Virus record (IMG/VR): IMGVR_UViG_3300044657_000533 | Location: 1 to 37,108 of that record | DNA length: 37,108 bases | Direction: 5' to 3' (one strand) | From: a virus | Lineage: Duplodnaviria > Caudoviricetes | In this document: one piece after another, positions 25,478-33,356 of the stretch | Layout: the number at the start of each line of letters is the position of its first letter | Numbering within the stretch: position 1 is the stretch's first letter | The notes under the pieces: model-generated | Database searches by the model: none | Seen by the model: only the letters and a program-made list of their open reading frames with translations | What the model was told of the DNA's origin: nothing | Program-made: the position numbers and the translations under genes

Positions 25478-26956
25478 ATGACCTATGAAGAGCTAATAGC
25501 ACGACAAAAACAGAACGGCCTTATGGATGGACAACCTAGTCTATTCTCTGGCTTCGGTGACCACATAATGGGTGGCCTTGAGACAGGTTTAATGGCCCTA
25601 ACAGGTATGGCCGCTGAACCGATGGCTGGTATCGCTGGTATATTTGGCATGGCTGGCGGTGATAAACAGACCGATTTCGTTAACCAGACCCGTGACAACC
25701 TAACCTATAAACCCAAGAGTAAGGCGGTCAAGGCACTATTTGAGAAGGCTTCCCCCTACGCTGAGAAGGCTGGTGAGTATATCGATAACGCCGCAGTGGG
25801 TGTCGAGAATTACACTGGGATACCGAGGGAGGCGGTCAAGGCTGTCCCTATCATGGCTGCTGAGTTAGCTGGTGGCATTGGATTGATGGGCAAGGTAGGT
25901 AACACGCTCACCAAGAACGCAGTATCTGTACCCCGTAAGATGGGGCAGTCAGGTGCGATATCTAAAACACCAAGAATGAGTAGGGCCGAGGCCGAGCGCC
26001 TTGGTTATTGGCATCCAATCGGTGGCGGCAAGAAGACAGCGAAGCCATTCGATGAATACACCTCAACCGTAATAGACACATCAAACGCACACCCATCAAA
26101 AATACTACACCCAGAGGAAATGCTGGGCGGGGTTATTATACCGGGCTTCGGCGATAGAACTATGGCTGGCAAACTGTTGACGAGTGTTGATGGTATAGAC
26201 TTTGAGAATCCAGTGCCGTTAGATGGTGGTCATGGTTTTATGAAAGAGAACCCAGCAGGATGGGCATCAGCCAAGCCCGTTATCACCAAGCTAAACAACA
26301 AGGCAATAGAGGCTCTTGATCAAGGGAAGACCCCTTACCTGAACTATATGCCCATGAAGCATGAGACAGTGGACTTCAATACCATGATGTCTGACGCATT
26401 GCTTGAGCAGATGAAGGCAAGCAAGATAACCAAGAAAGCAAAAAAAGAATTTGACAAGAAGATAAGAACAATAAGGCCAGAGTGGAAGGGCATTGATAAC
26501 CCTGAGTCACGCGCACAACTAGACAAGACAGGCGCATTACGACAGGCATTTGTTGATACAGCCAAGCTAGACCAATTCAAGAACCAAGGCTTCCCTGATA
26601 TAGCGGGAACACGCAAGGCGCTGATAGACCCAATTCTTATGGACACCCCTCTACTTCATGGCGGTCAGTCAATAGCAAGACTGGATGGCAAGATAATAGA
26701 TGCCCCGGAAGTGCCGCACCCAACCTACCCTGCCCAGATGGGTGGAGAGTATATTGGTGGGCTTGAGCAGGGCATACCTTTGCAATTAATGATGCCTGAT
26801 TTTATTAAGGCTAGACGAGCAGACCCGCTGGACACTGGCCCAGCTTATGACTACAGGTCAATCGATATGGCTAAACCAGTGCAACCCGCCAACCAACAAT
26901 GGCTTGACGGGCTTATGGATTACATTGAAAAGTCAAAAGAGTTTAACCCCCAATGA
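25478..26956 (+). CDS. Second effector-like protein: shared leader, ejection-protein-like hydrophobic segment, uncharacterised globular C-terminal domain
   Basis: MTYEELIARQKQNGLMDGQPSLF; AEPMAGIAG...LTYKPKS; GDRTMAG...GGHGF...WAS...HPTY; ends WLDGLMDY. Confidence 0.75.
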   Translation: MTYEELIARQKQNGLMDGQPSLFSGFGDHIMGGLETGLMALTGMAAEPMAGIAGIFGMAGGDKQTDFVNQTRDNLTYKPKSKAVKALFEKASPYAEKAGEYIDNAAVGVENYTGIPREAVKAVPIMAAELAGGIGLMGKVGNTLTKNAVSVPRKMGQSGAISKTPRMSRAEAERLGYWHPIGGGKKTAKPFDEYTSTVIDTSNAHPSKILHPEEMLGGVIIPGFGDRTMAGKLLTSVDGIDFENPVPLDGGHGFMKENPAGWASAKPVITKLNNKAIEALDQGKTPYLNYMPMKHETVDFNTMMSDALLEQMKASKITKKAKKEFDKKIRTIRPEWKGIDNPESRAQLDKTGALRQAFVDTAKLDQFKNQGFPDIAGTRKALIDPILMDTPLLHGGQSIARLDGKIIDAPEVPHPTYPAQMGGEYIGGLEQGIPLQLMMPDFIKARRADPLDTGPAYDYRSIDMAKPVQPANQQWLDGLMDYIEKSKEFNPQ

Positions 26957-27143
26957 CATGGTCATCAGGCAGGTTAAGAATGGTAAGCACTAGCCCATGC
27001 AGGTCGTTTAGAACCTCTATGGTTTCAGGCTTGTATTCGCGTTGCTCACCGACCTCAGTGTCTATCACAGTATCGATAGCGAGGAATATTGTCTCGTATG
27101 TTTGCTTGGCTATTCTTAGTCGTGCAGCTTCAGTATCAGTCAT
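26943..27143 (-). CDS. Small antisense protein inside the late operon (candidate antidote/immunity protein)
   Basis: ACACGGAG RBS, same as at the 12349 early gene, with its own promoter. 3' end overlaps the effector-2 stop by 14 nt. Confidence 0.7.
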   Translation of the reverse strand: MTDTEAARLRIAKQTYETIFLAIDTVIDTEVGEQREYKPETIEVLNDLHGLVLTILNLPDDHVIGG

Positions 27144-27165
27144 AGTATTTCTCCGTGTAATAACT

Positions 27166-27199
27166 AAGTAAACTTAACATAAATATTAGAGGTACGCAA
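27166..27199 (-). promoter_or_regulatory. Early-type antisense promoter with operator
   Basis: TTGCGT-17-(TGT)TAAGTT. AAGTAAACTT 27166-27175 is identical to the site at 14619. Confidence 0.6.
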
Positions 27200-27200
27200 C

Positions 27201-29444
27201 ATGAGCGCAGTGATGGATGACGAAATGTATGAGGATGACGATGAGGGCGAGGTATTATTCAGCCCCATGTCAGATGACGAGCTTGTCAACTTCTGCCTGA
27301 ATGAAATAAGCGGCGGTATTGGCGGCAGCGCGAGTGGTGACCACGAGGAGAGTATTAGTACCCCTCTTGATTATTACTTAGGCAGGTTACCCGGTATCAG
27401 CGGGAGTAAGGCCAAGGACCCAAACGCGTCCCGGTTCGTATCAATGGACCTGATGGACGCTGTTGAGGCATCCACAGCTGAGATTATGCCTACCTTCACC
27501 ACCGACCAGATAGCCTTCTATGAGCCTGAAGATGAACGCGATGAGGACCAATCACGAACAGAGTCCGAGGTCGTTAACTATTTATTCATGGAAGAGTATG
27601 ACGGCTACACCATGCTGCAAGTGGCCCTAAAGGACTGCTTCCTGCACAGAAACTGCACGGTCAAGGCTTACTGGGATGAACGTCAATACGTCACCTACAG
27701 GACCTACGAGGACGTTCCAGAAATGGCGCTCGAAATGATTCTTCAGCCCGAAGAAGAGAACCAAGTCGTTGAGATAATGGAGCAGGAAATAACCGAGGAA
27801 GCCAACCCGGAACAGGCCAACATGATACACGAGGCTACCATGGCTGACCCGATGTCGGCGGCCGAGGCAGCTCAGTCACCAGAGGCGCAGCAAGAGATAC
27901 AGGCGGCGATGATGGCGGCTCAGGCTAAGTACACGATTAAGATTAAGCGAACCACAACCAAGGGCAGACCCAAACTTGAGTCACTCCCTCCAGAGCAGGT
28001 TATCGTCTCTGGTGGCCATAACTCACCCTTCCTGCATAAGTGTCGGTTCGTTGCACATGAGAACCTAGAGACTCAAAGCTCACTGATTGAGCAGGGGTAT
28101 GACCCTGAGATCGTCAAGGAGTTAAGCGCGTACAATGCAGATATCGATGGGTTGTCACGCTCAAGGGCCACTGATGACCAATCCAAAGAGGCCAACCACG
28201 CCTCAGTCAGAACCATACGAGTATACGAGTGTTATCCACTTGTTGACTTCGATGGTGATGGCATTGCAGAGCGCCGCAAGGTAGTGATATCGGGCAATAA
28301 AATTCTAGCCAATGATGAGTGGAACGAGGTCCCGTTAATTGGTGGTGTTGCTATTGTTATGCCGCACAAGTATTCAGGTGTATCGATGTTCGATCGACTG
28401 AGAGAGATACAGGACTCAAAGACACCGATTATTCGTTCCATTGTTGACGGCACTCAGCTATCCAGTAACCCGCGTGTTGGTGTGGTTACCGGGGAAGTTA
28501 ACCTCGATGACCTGTTGACATCACGCACGGGCGGTATTGTGCGTATGGATAACCCTAACTCTATTGTTAACATCCCTAACCCTGAGATACCGCAGTCAAG
28601 CTACGGAATGCTGCAGTATATGGATTCTGTTAGAAGTGAGCGCGGTGGTTCGGCGATTACATCAAGCAGTCAGGCTCAGGCCGTGTCGGGCGATACAGCT
28701 CATGGTATCGAGCGCGTCATGTCGGCAATGGAAATGAACAACGCGGTTATCGCCAGAACACTAGGTGAGACGCTTATCCGGGGCATATTCATACAGCTTC
28801 ATACGTTAATCCGTGAGAATTATACGGGTGAGCTTAAGGCTAAGATAGGCGGGAAGTGGATAACGACCATGCCTTCGGAGTGGAAGGAACGCACCTCAGT
28901 ATCGGTACAGATAGGCAGCTCACACGCTGAACGTGCGCGTCAAGCTGGTGTTATCGAGAAGGTTGTGGCGGCTCAAGCTCAACTGGCGGCCCAAGGCTCT
29001 GTTATGTTTACCGAGGCGAAGGCGTACACGGCTCTCACTGATGCCGTTAACCTGTCCGGCGTTAAGAACCCTGATAGATACTTCACTGACCCAGAGTCCG
29101 ATGAGGGACAGCAAGCCAACCAGCAGAAGCAACAGCAGAGCCAGCAGGAAATGCAGAAGCAACAGGAGCTTGAACAGCAGATGTTGAAAGCTCAGAACGA
29201 CTTGGCAATGGCCGAGATACTGAAGGGACAGGCCGCGCTGCAGTCTCAGCAGGTTAAGTTCAAGAATGACCAGCTACAGGCGCAGCTCAAAGAAGCTCAG
29301 ATGATGTTGACTCAGTTGAAGGACACGAATAAGCAGTCCTTTGAATATGACCAATTATTAGTCGATGCCGCTCTAAAATTGACCGAGCTAGAAGTGAACG
29401 CCGCCAAGGACCTGAGCGCACAATATGAGGGTAATAAACGATGA
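27201..29444 (+). CDS. Portal protein (P22-like, Q-rich C-terminal barrel)
   Basis: DYYLG, VDFDGDGIAERRKV, PHKYSGVS..D.L.EIQ, LSSNPR, C-terminal coiled coil. Confidence 0.92.
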   Translation: MSAVMDDEMYEDDDEGEVLFSPMSDDELVNFCLNEISGGIGGSASGDHEESISTPLDYYLGRLPGISGSKAKDPNASRFVSMDLMDAVEASTAEIMPTFTTDQIAFYEPEDERDEDQSRTESEVVNYLFMEEYDGYTMLQVALKDCFLHRNCTVKAYWDERQYVTYRTYEDVPEMALEMILQPEEENQVVEIMEQEITEEANPEQANMIHEATMADPMSAAEAAQSPEAQQEIQAAMMAAQAKYTIKIKRTTTKGRPKLESLPPEQVIVSGGHNSPFLHKCRFVAHENLETQSSLIEQGYDPEIVKELSAYNADIDGLSRSRATDDQSKEANHASVRTIRVYECYPLVDFDGDGIAERRKVVISGNKILANDEWNEVPLIGGVAIVMPHKYSGVSMFDRLREIQDSKTPIIRSIVDGTQLSSNPRVGVVTGEVNLDDLLTSRTGGIVRMDNPNSIVNIPNPEIPQSSYGMLQYMDSVRSERGGSAITSSSQAQAVSGDTAHGIERVMSAMEMNNAVIARTLGETLIRGIFIQLHTLIRENYTGELKAKIGGKWITTMPSEWKERTSVSVQIGSSHAERARQAGVIEKVVAAQAQLAAQGSVMFTEAKAYTALTDAVNLSGVKNPDRYFTDPESDEGQQANQQKQQQSQQEMQKQQELEQQMLKAQNDLAMAEILKGQAALQSQQVKFKNDQLQAQLKEAQMMLTQLKDTNKQSFEYDQLLVDAALKLTELEVNAAKDLSAQYEGNKR

Positions 29445-29680
29445 AGCAAGCTATGACTAAAACGAAGAGTAGGCAGATAGCCTCACTGGGCAACCAGATA
29501 CTGAACCACCCGCTACTGCCTGAGATATTCGACCGTATAGAGCGGAAGCTATTCGATAAGTGGATGGTATCTGACCCGGCAAAGCGCGAGATCATAGGCA
29601 ATATAGTCGACTCAAAGAACCTATTCCTTAAAGAGCTTAGGATAATAGTTGAAGAAGCCGAAGAGATAGAAAACAACTAA
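29441..29680 (+). CDS. Small head-region protein following the portal
   Basis: Position between portal and scaffold; ILNHPLL.EIF...W pattern. Confidence 0.7.
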   Translation: MKQAMTKTKSRQIASLGNQILNHPLLPEIFDRIERKLFDKWMVSDPAKREIIGNIVDSKNLFLKELRIIVEEAEEIENN

Positions 29681-29710
29681 CGCCGAGAGGCAAACATCGA
29701 GGAGAACAAG

Positions 29711-30742
29711 ATGTCCGAGAACAACGCATTCGCAGCAGTAAAAACCCTACTAGAAGAGAAGGGACAGCTATCAGCAGCGCCTAAACCTAAAGAGATTGAG
29801 GAGGTTGAAGAGGTAGAGATTGAGGAGCCAGAGCAGTTACTGGATGAAGAAACCCCTGAAGAGATTGAAGAGGTTGAAGAGGGCGAGGTTGATGGTGATG
29901 AGGATATCACTGAGACACCTAACGCATCCAATGATGACTCATTCACCCCGGCCTCACTTGCGGCCGATATTGGATGGGATGCCTCCGATATCTACGACAT
30001 GGATATTCCGCTGGAGTCTGGTGAGCCTATAAAGCTGGGCAAGCTGAAGGATGAATACACGAACCTATCGAAAGAGCGTGAAGCATTACACGCGCAGCTC
30101 CAAGAGAAGGACGAGGAAATCAAGAACGCCGCGGCTGGTGGCTTCGAGGCACAGAACCTGTCCCACGGCATGATCTCAGCACTGGGTGACATGGATACAA
30201 TCCAGAAGCAGTACAACAGTATTGACTGGGATGAAAAGGAACGAGAGGACCCCGGTAGAGCCGTGCTACTCAAGCAACGATACAAGGATGCCTACGCCGA
30301 AGCTCAGGCCAACCTAGCGCAAGCGGAGCATGATGTTGAGGCTATACGCCAACAGAACCTACAGAAAGCGGCTGTTAAGCTGATGGAGGTTGTCCCTGAG
30401 TGGAAGCAGCCAGAGGTGAGACAGGCTGACCAAGCGGAGATCAGGCAGCTAATGCTGAATGAGGGCTACAGCAATCAGATGATATCCAGTATTGCGGACC
30501 CCATTGCATTGAAGCTATTGCGTGAGCTTGCCGGGTATCGCAAGAAGTTCGCAAGCGCGAAGGATGCCGTGAAGCGTGTCAGGAAAGCACCGAAGGTCCT
30601 GAGTGCTACGGGTAGACGTAAGCCAGTGGATAATACAAAGGAAGTGGCAACGCTTAAGAACAAGGCTAAGAATGCACGGCCAAGTGAGAAGCGGTCAGCT
30701 GAACTTGACGCGGTTAAGGCTATTATTGCAAACCACCGATAA
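29711..30742 (+). CDS. Capsid scaffolding protein
   Basis: Acidic N-terminus, coiled coil, IDWDE..REDP, VPEW, basic C-terminus, directly before the capsid gene. Confidence 0.85.
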   Translation: MSENNAFAAVKTLLEEKGQLSAAPKPKEIEEVEEVEIEEPEQLLDEETPEEIEEVEEGEVDGDEDITETPNASNDDSFTPASLAADIGWDASDIYDMDIPLESGEPIKLGKLKDEYTNLSKEREALHAQLQEKDEEIKNAAAGGFEAQNLSHGMISALGDMDTIQKQYNSIDWDEKEREDPGRAVLLKQRYKDAYAEAQANLAQAEHDVEAIRQQNLQKAAVKLMEVVPEWKQPEVRQADQAEIRQLMLNEGYSNQMISSIADPIALKLLRELAGYRKKFASAKDAVKRVRKAPKVLSATGRRKPVDNTKEVATLKNKAKNARPSEKRSAELDAVKAIIANHR

Positions 30743-30867
30743 GGTGCTAAACTAGCAGTATCCATGCTAGAGATAGCCGTACTACCCTAGTCTGACGAGA
30801 GTCTCCTGACAGAGTAAGTATTGAAGGTGAAAACTTTTACTATTTATTATTTAAGGAGGCTCTTAAA

Positions 30868-31977
30868 ATGGCTGCCAATCAACTTGATGCAACTAACCTT
30901 GCATCCGTCCCGTTAAACGGGCAAATCCATGAAGAACTCATGGACGCAATTTATGATGTTTCACCTGTAGACCGTCCATTTTGTGATGCTGTCGGCTCTA
31001 CTAACTCAGGTAACACCTACAAAGAATGGGTTCGAGAAGCACTCGAAGCCGCAACCAAAGATAATGCCCGTATTGACGGTTCATCTAGTTCTGGTATTAA
31101 CGATACCGTAACTGGCGAACGTCTGGGTAACTATCACCAGATTGCAACCAAAACCGTCCGTGTTTCTGACCGTGGTCGTGAGTCTGATACTGTTGGTTCT
31201 AGCGATGAGCTGATCCGCCAGTTGATGAAACGTCAACGCGCTCTACGCCGTGACGAGGAAGCATCTCTGGTATCACGTAACGCGGCTGTTGCTGGTGATG
31301 GTACTTCTACCGCTGGCAAGTGTGCTGGTGTTGGTGCTTGGATTGGTGTTGCAGAAAGCAACGTAGCATCTACAACCTCAAGTCGTGGTATTACCACAGG
31401 CGCTGACCCAGTTCTATCTGGTGCTGGCGGTTCTGGTGGTGGTTTCCCAACGACCGCTGCAGTTGGTGGTGTTAAACGTGCGTTATCTGAAGCTGATATT
31501 CGTGAAATGATGAGAGAAGCCTATCTGAATGGTGGTAACCCTACCATGGCGATGTCTACTCCTGCCGTTATCGAGAAGCTATCTGATTACTTGTTCACCT
31601 CTAGTGCGCGAGTAGCAACATTGCAAACCAACGTGGCTCAAAGCAACCGAACTGACAACAGTTCTGGTGGCGGCAAGTCTGGTGGTGGCGTTGTTGCTCA
31701 GGGTTCTGTAAACATCTTGGTTACTAACTTCGGTACGCTTGAGTTAGTTCCTAACCGTTTCCAGCCTGATACAGATACTGGCGAAGCAGACCTCTATCTG
31801 ATTGACCCAGAGCTGTGGGAACGCAGTTACTTACAAGGTTACGAAACCAACGAGCTTGCTCGTGATGGTTTAGCAGAGAACAGAGAAATCTCAGTCGACT
31901 TCTCACTCTGTGCGTTGAACCCTGAAGGTAATGCGGTTGTTGCTGACATCGACACCACGTTAGCGGCTACGGCTTAA
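30868..31977 (+). CDS. Major capsid protein (DUF5309-like, HK97 fold)
   Basis: IYDVSPVDRPF, EWVREAL, RLGNYHQI..KTVRVS, TNFGTL.LVPNRF, ELARDG. TAAGGAGG RBS. Confidence 0.92.
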   Translation: MAANQLDATNLASVPLNGQIHEELMDAIYDVSPVDRPFCDAVGSTNSGNTYKEWVREALEAATKDNARIDGSSSSGINDTVTGERLGNYHQIATKTVRVSDRGRESDTVGSSDELIRQLMKRQRALRRDEEASLVSRNAAVAGDGTSTAGKCAGVGAWIGVAESNVASTTSSRGITTGADPVLSGAGGSGGGFPTTAAVGGVKRALSEADIREMMREAYLNGGNPTMAMSTPAVIEKLSDYLFTSSARVATLQTNVAQSNRTDNSSGGGKSGGGVVAQGSVNILVTNFGTLELVPNRFQPDTDTGEADLYLIDPELWERSYLQGYETNELARDGLAENREISVDFSLCALNPEGNAVVADIDTTLAATA

Positions 31978-31993
31978 CAGTCCCGTGTAGATT

Positions 31994-32019
31994 GGGTGGG
32001 CTTCGGCTCACCCTTTTTT
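31994..32019 (+). terminator. Rho-independent terminator after the capsid gene
   Basis: GGGTGGGC-TTCG-GCTCACCC followed by TTTTTT. Confidence 0.9.
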
Positions 32020-32037
32020 AAATTTTGGAGGCGGCAG

Positions 32038-32211
32038 ATGTCAGACTCAGAAGCAAAACCAACCAAGAAGAAGGTTGTCAAAGAAACTACCACCCGGTTT
32101 ATCAATAACACTACCAAGAATATATTCACCTCGGCGGGAAGATGCGCCCCGGGGAAAGCTGTGATCATCCCATCGGATGAGGCAGAGAAAGCGGGTCTGG
32201 TTAAAGAATGA
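32038..32211 (+). CDS. Small virion-associated protein (start moved to ATG 32038)
   Basis: GGAGG RBS after the terminator. Confidence 0.65.
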   Translation: MSDSEAKPTKKKVVKETTTRFINNTTKNIFTSAGRCAPGKAVIIPSDEAEKAGLVKE

Positions 32212-32564
32212 AGAACGTCATCGATGTTGGCAGTAACTCTGTCACAACGGCCCAGCTCGATGGCAATAAGCTCTATGTCCACACTAAGTTTTATGATGAC
32301 TTAGCGCTGGCAAAGAACAGAAAGATACAGAACTCAGGCGCTCTGGATAAAGCCAAACTGGGTCTGCATGATGATGAGGATATCAGGCTGGTTGTATCCT
32401 GCCCATCGCATGAGCAGTGGAGTTTATTCAAGAGGAAGCATCCCGATGTCTATGCCCTACTGACCACGCGTGGAGGTTCGGTTGATGCGGACCAGTCAAG
32501 AATGAAAGGGGCGCTACAGTTATCACTGTTGGAGCCTGAGTGGGTAATACAAACACGACTCTAA
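32208..32564 (+). CDS. Hypothetical head-region protein
   Basis: 118 aa, ATGA overlap with the upstream gene. Confidence 0.7.
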   Translation: MKNVIDVGSNSVTTAQLDGNKLYVHTKFYDDLALAKNRKIQNSGALDKAKLGLHDDEDIRLVVSCPSHEQWSLFKRKHPDVYALLTTRGGSVDADQSRMKGALQLSLLEPEWVIQTRL

Positions 32565-32574
32565 GGAGTTAGCT

Positions 32575-32715
32575 ATGTTGAAGACGAGAAAGCCAATCAG
32601 TAATTTGATCTTAATGCGTAAGAAGAACGTGTTCGGGCCTTACTTCCAGCAAACAACACGGTCTGTGATGGCTAAGTCGGTAGGAGATTCTGTTGAGCGT
32701 GGCAAAATACCATGA
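32575..32715 (+). CDS. 46-aa basic protein (not in ORF track)
   Basis: AAGGAG RBS. MLKTRKPISNLILMRKKNVFGPYFQQ..., ATGA overlap with the next gene. Confidence 0.6.
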   Translation: MLKTRKPISNLILMRKKNVFGPYFQQTTRSVMAKSVGDSVERGKIP

Positions 32716-33356
32716 ATTATAGCGAAATAGTGGCATTGTCCCTGAGTTATTCAGACAGGGAGGACGCTGAAGTCTCTGATAGGATTAATGACTTCATCGA
32801 GATCACCGAAGCAAGAATAAATAGATTGCTTGAGGTCCGTAAGATGGCCACAAGGTCAACAATTACCACTGTTGCCGACCAGATTTACTACGGATTGCCA
32901 TCAAACTTCTCAGGATTGCGTGATATTGAGATATACGGGACAACGACAGCACCAACAAGCAGCGATTTCCGTCAAACACTGCAATATGTCACCCCTGAAC
33001 AAATGAACCAGAGAACGGCCACTCCTGCAGCCTCAACGAGTGCTTATTCTCAGATTTATTACACGATTGTTGCCGACCAAATACAGATACACCCAGCGCA
33101 GGACGGCAGGACAATGGAAATTGTCTACTATCAGAACGTCCCCAACCTAAATGTTGTCGACACAACCAACTGGCTTACTGATTCAGCCCCGGATGCTTAT
33201 GTATTCGGTATATTGACCGAGATTAACGCATTCGTGAAGGATGCAGCGACATCAGACCTCTGGAACACAAGGTTCTTGGGTGTTATGAATCAATTATCGC
33301 AAGATGACGCTAAAGACCGCTGGTCTGGTCAGCCTCTACAGATGAGGGCGACCTGA
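32712..33356 (+). CDS. Head-tail adaptor / tail tubular protein A-like
   Basis: MNYSE...FIEITEARINRLL...LPSNF...TNWLTDSAPDAYVFG. Confidence 0.8.
   Translation: MNYSEIVALSLSYSDREDAEVSDRINDFIEITEARINRLLEVRKMATRSTITTVADQIYYGLPSNFSGLRDIEIYGTTTAPTSSDFRQTLQYVTPEQMNQRTATPAASTSAYSQIYYTIVADQIQIHPAQDGRTMEIVYYQNVPNLNVVDTTNWLTDSAPDAYVFGILTEINAFVKDAATSDLWNTRFLGVMNQLSQDDAKDRWSGQPLQMRAT

Noticed and set aside
26953-27171. Plus-strand 72-aa ORF after effector 2 as a co-oriented immunity gene
   Set aside because: It has an ATGA overlap, but its S/V/R-rich sequence looks like the shadow of the minus-strand ORF, which has RBS, promoter and operator support.
29110-29200. CAG-rich tract suggesting a tandem repeat
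   Set aside because: It encodes the Gln-rich coiled-coil barrel expected in P22-like portals.
30792-30835. CTGACGAG...GAAA resembling a hammerhead ribozyme core
   Set aside because: No stem II closes directly onto the GAAA, and I could not form stems I/III with a cleavage triplet.
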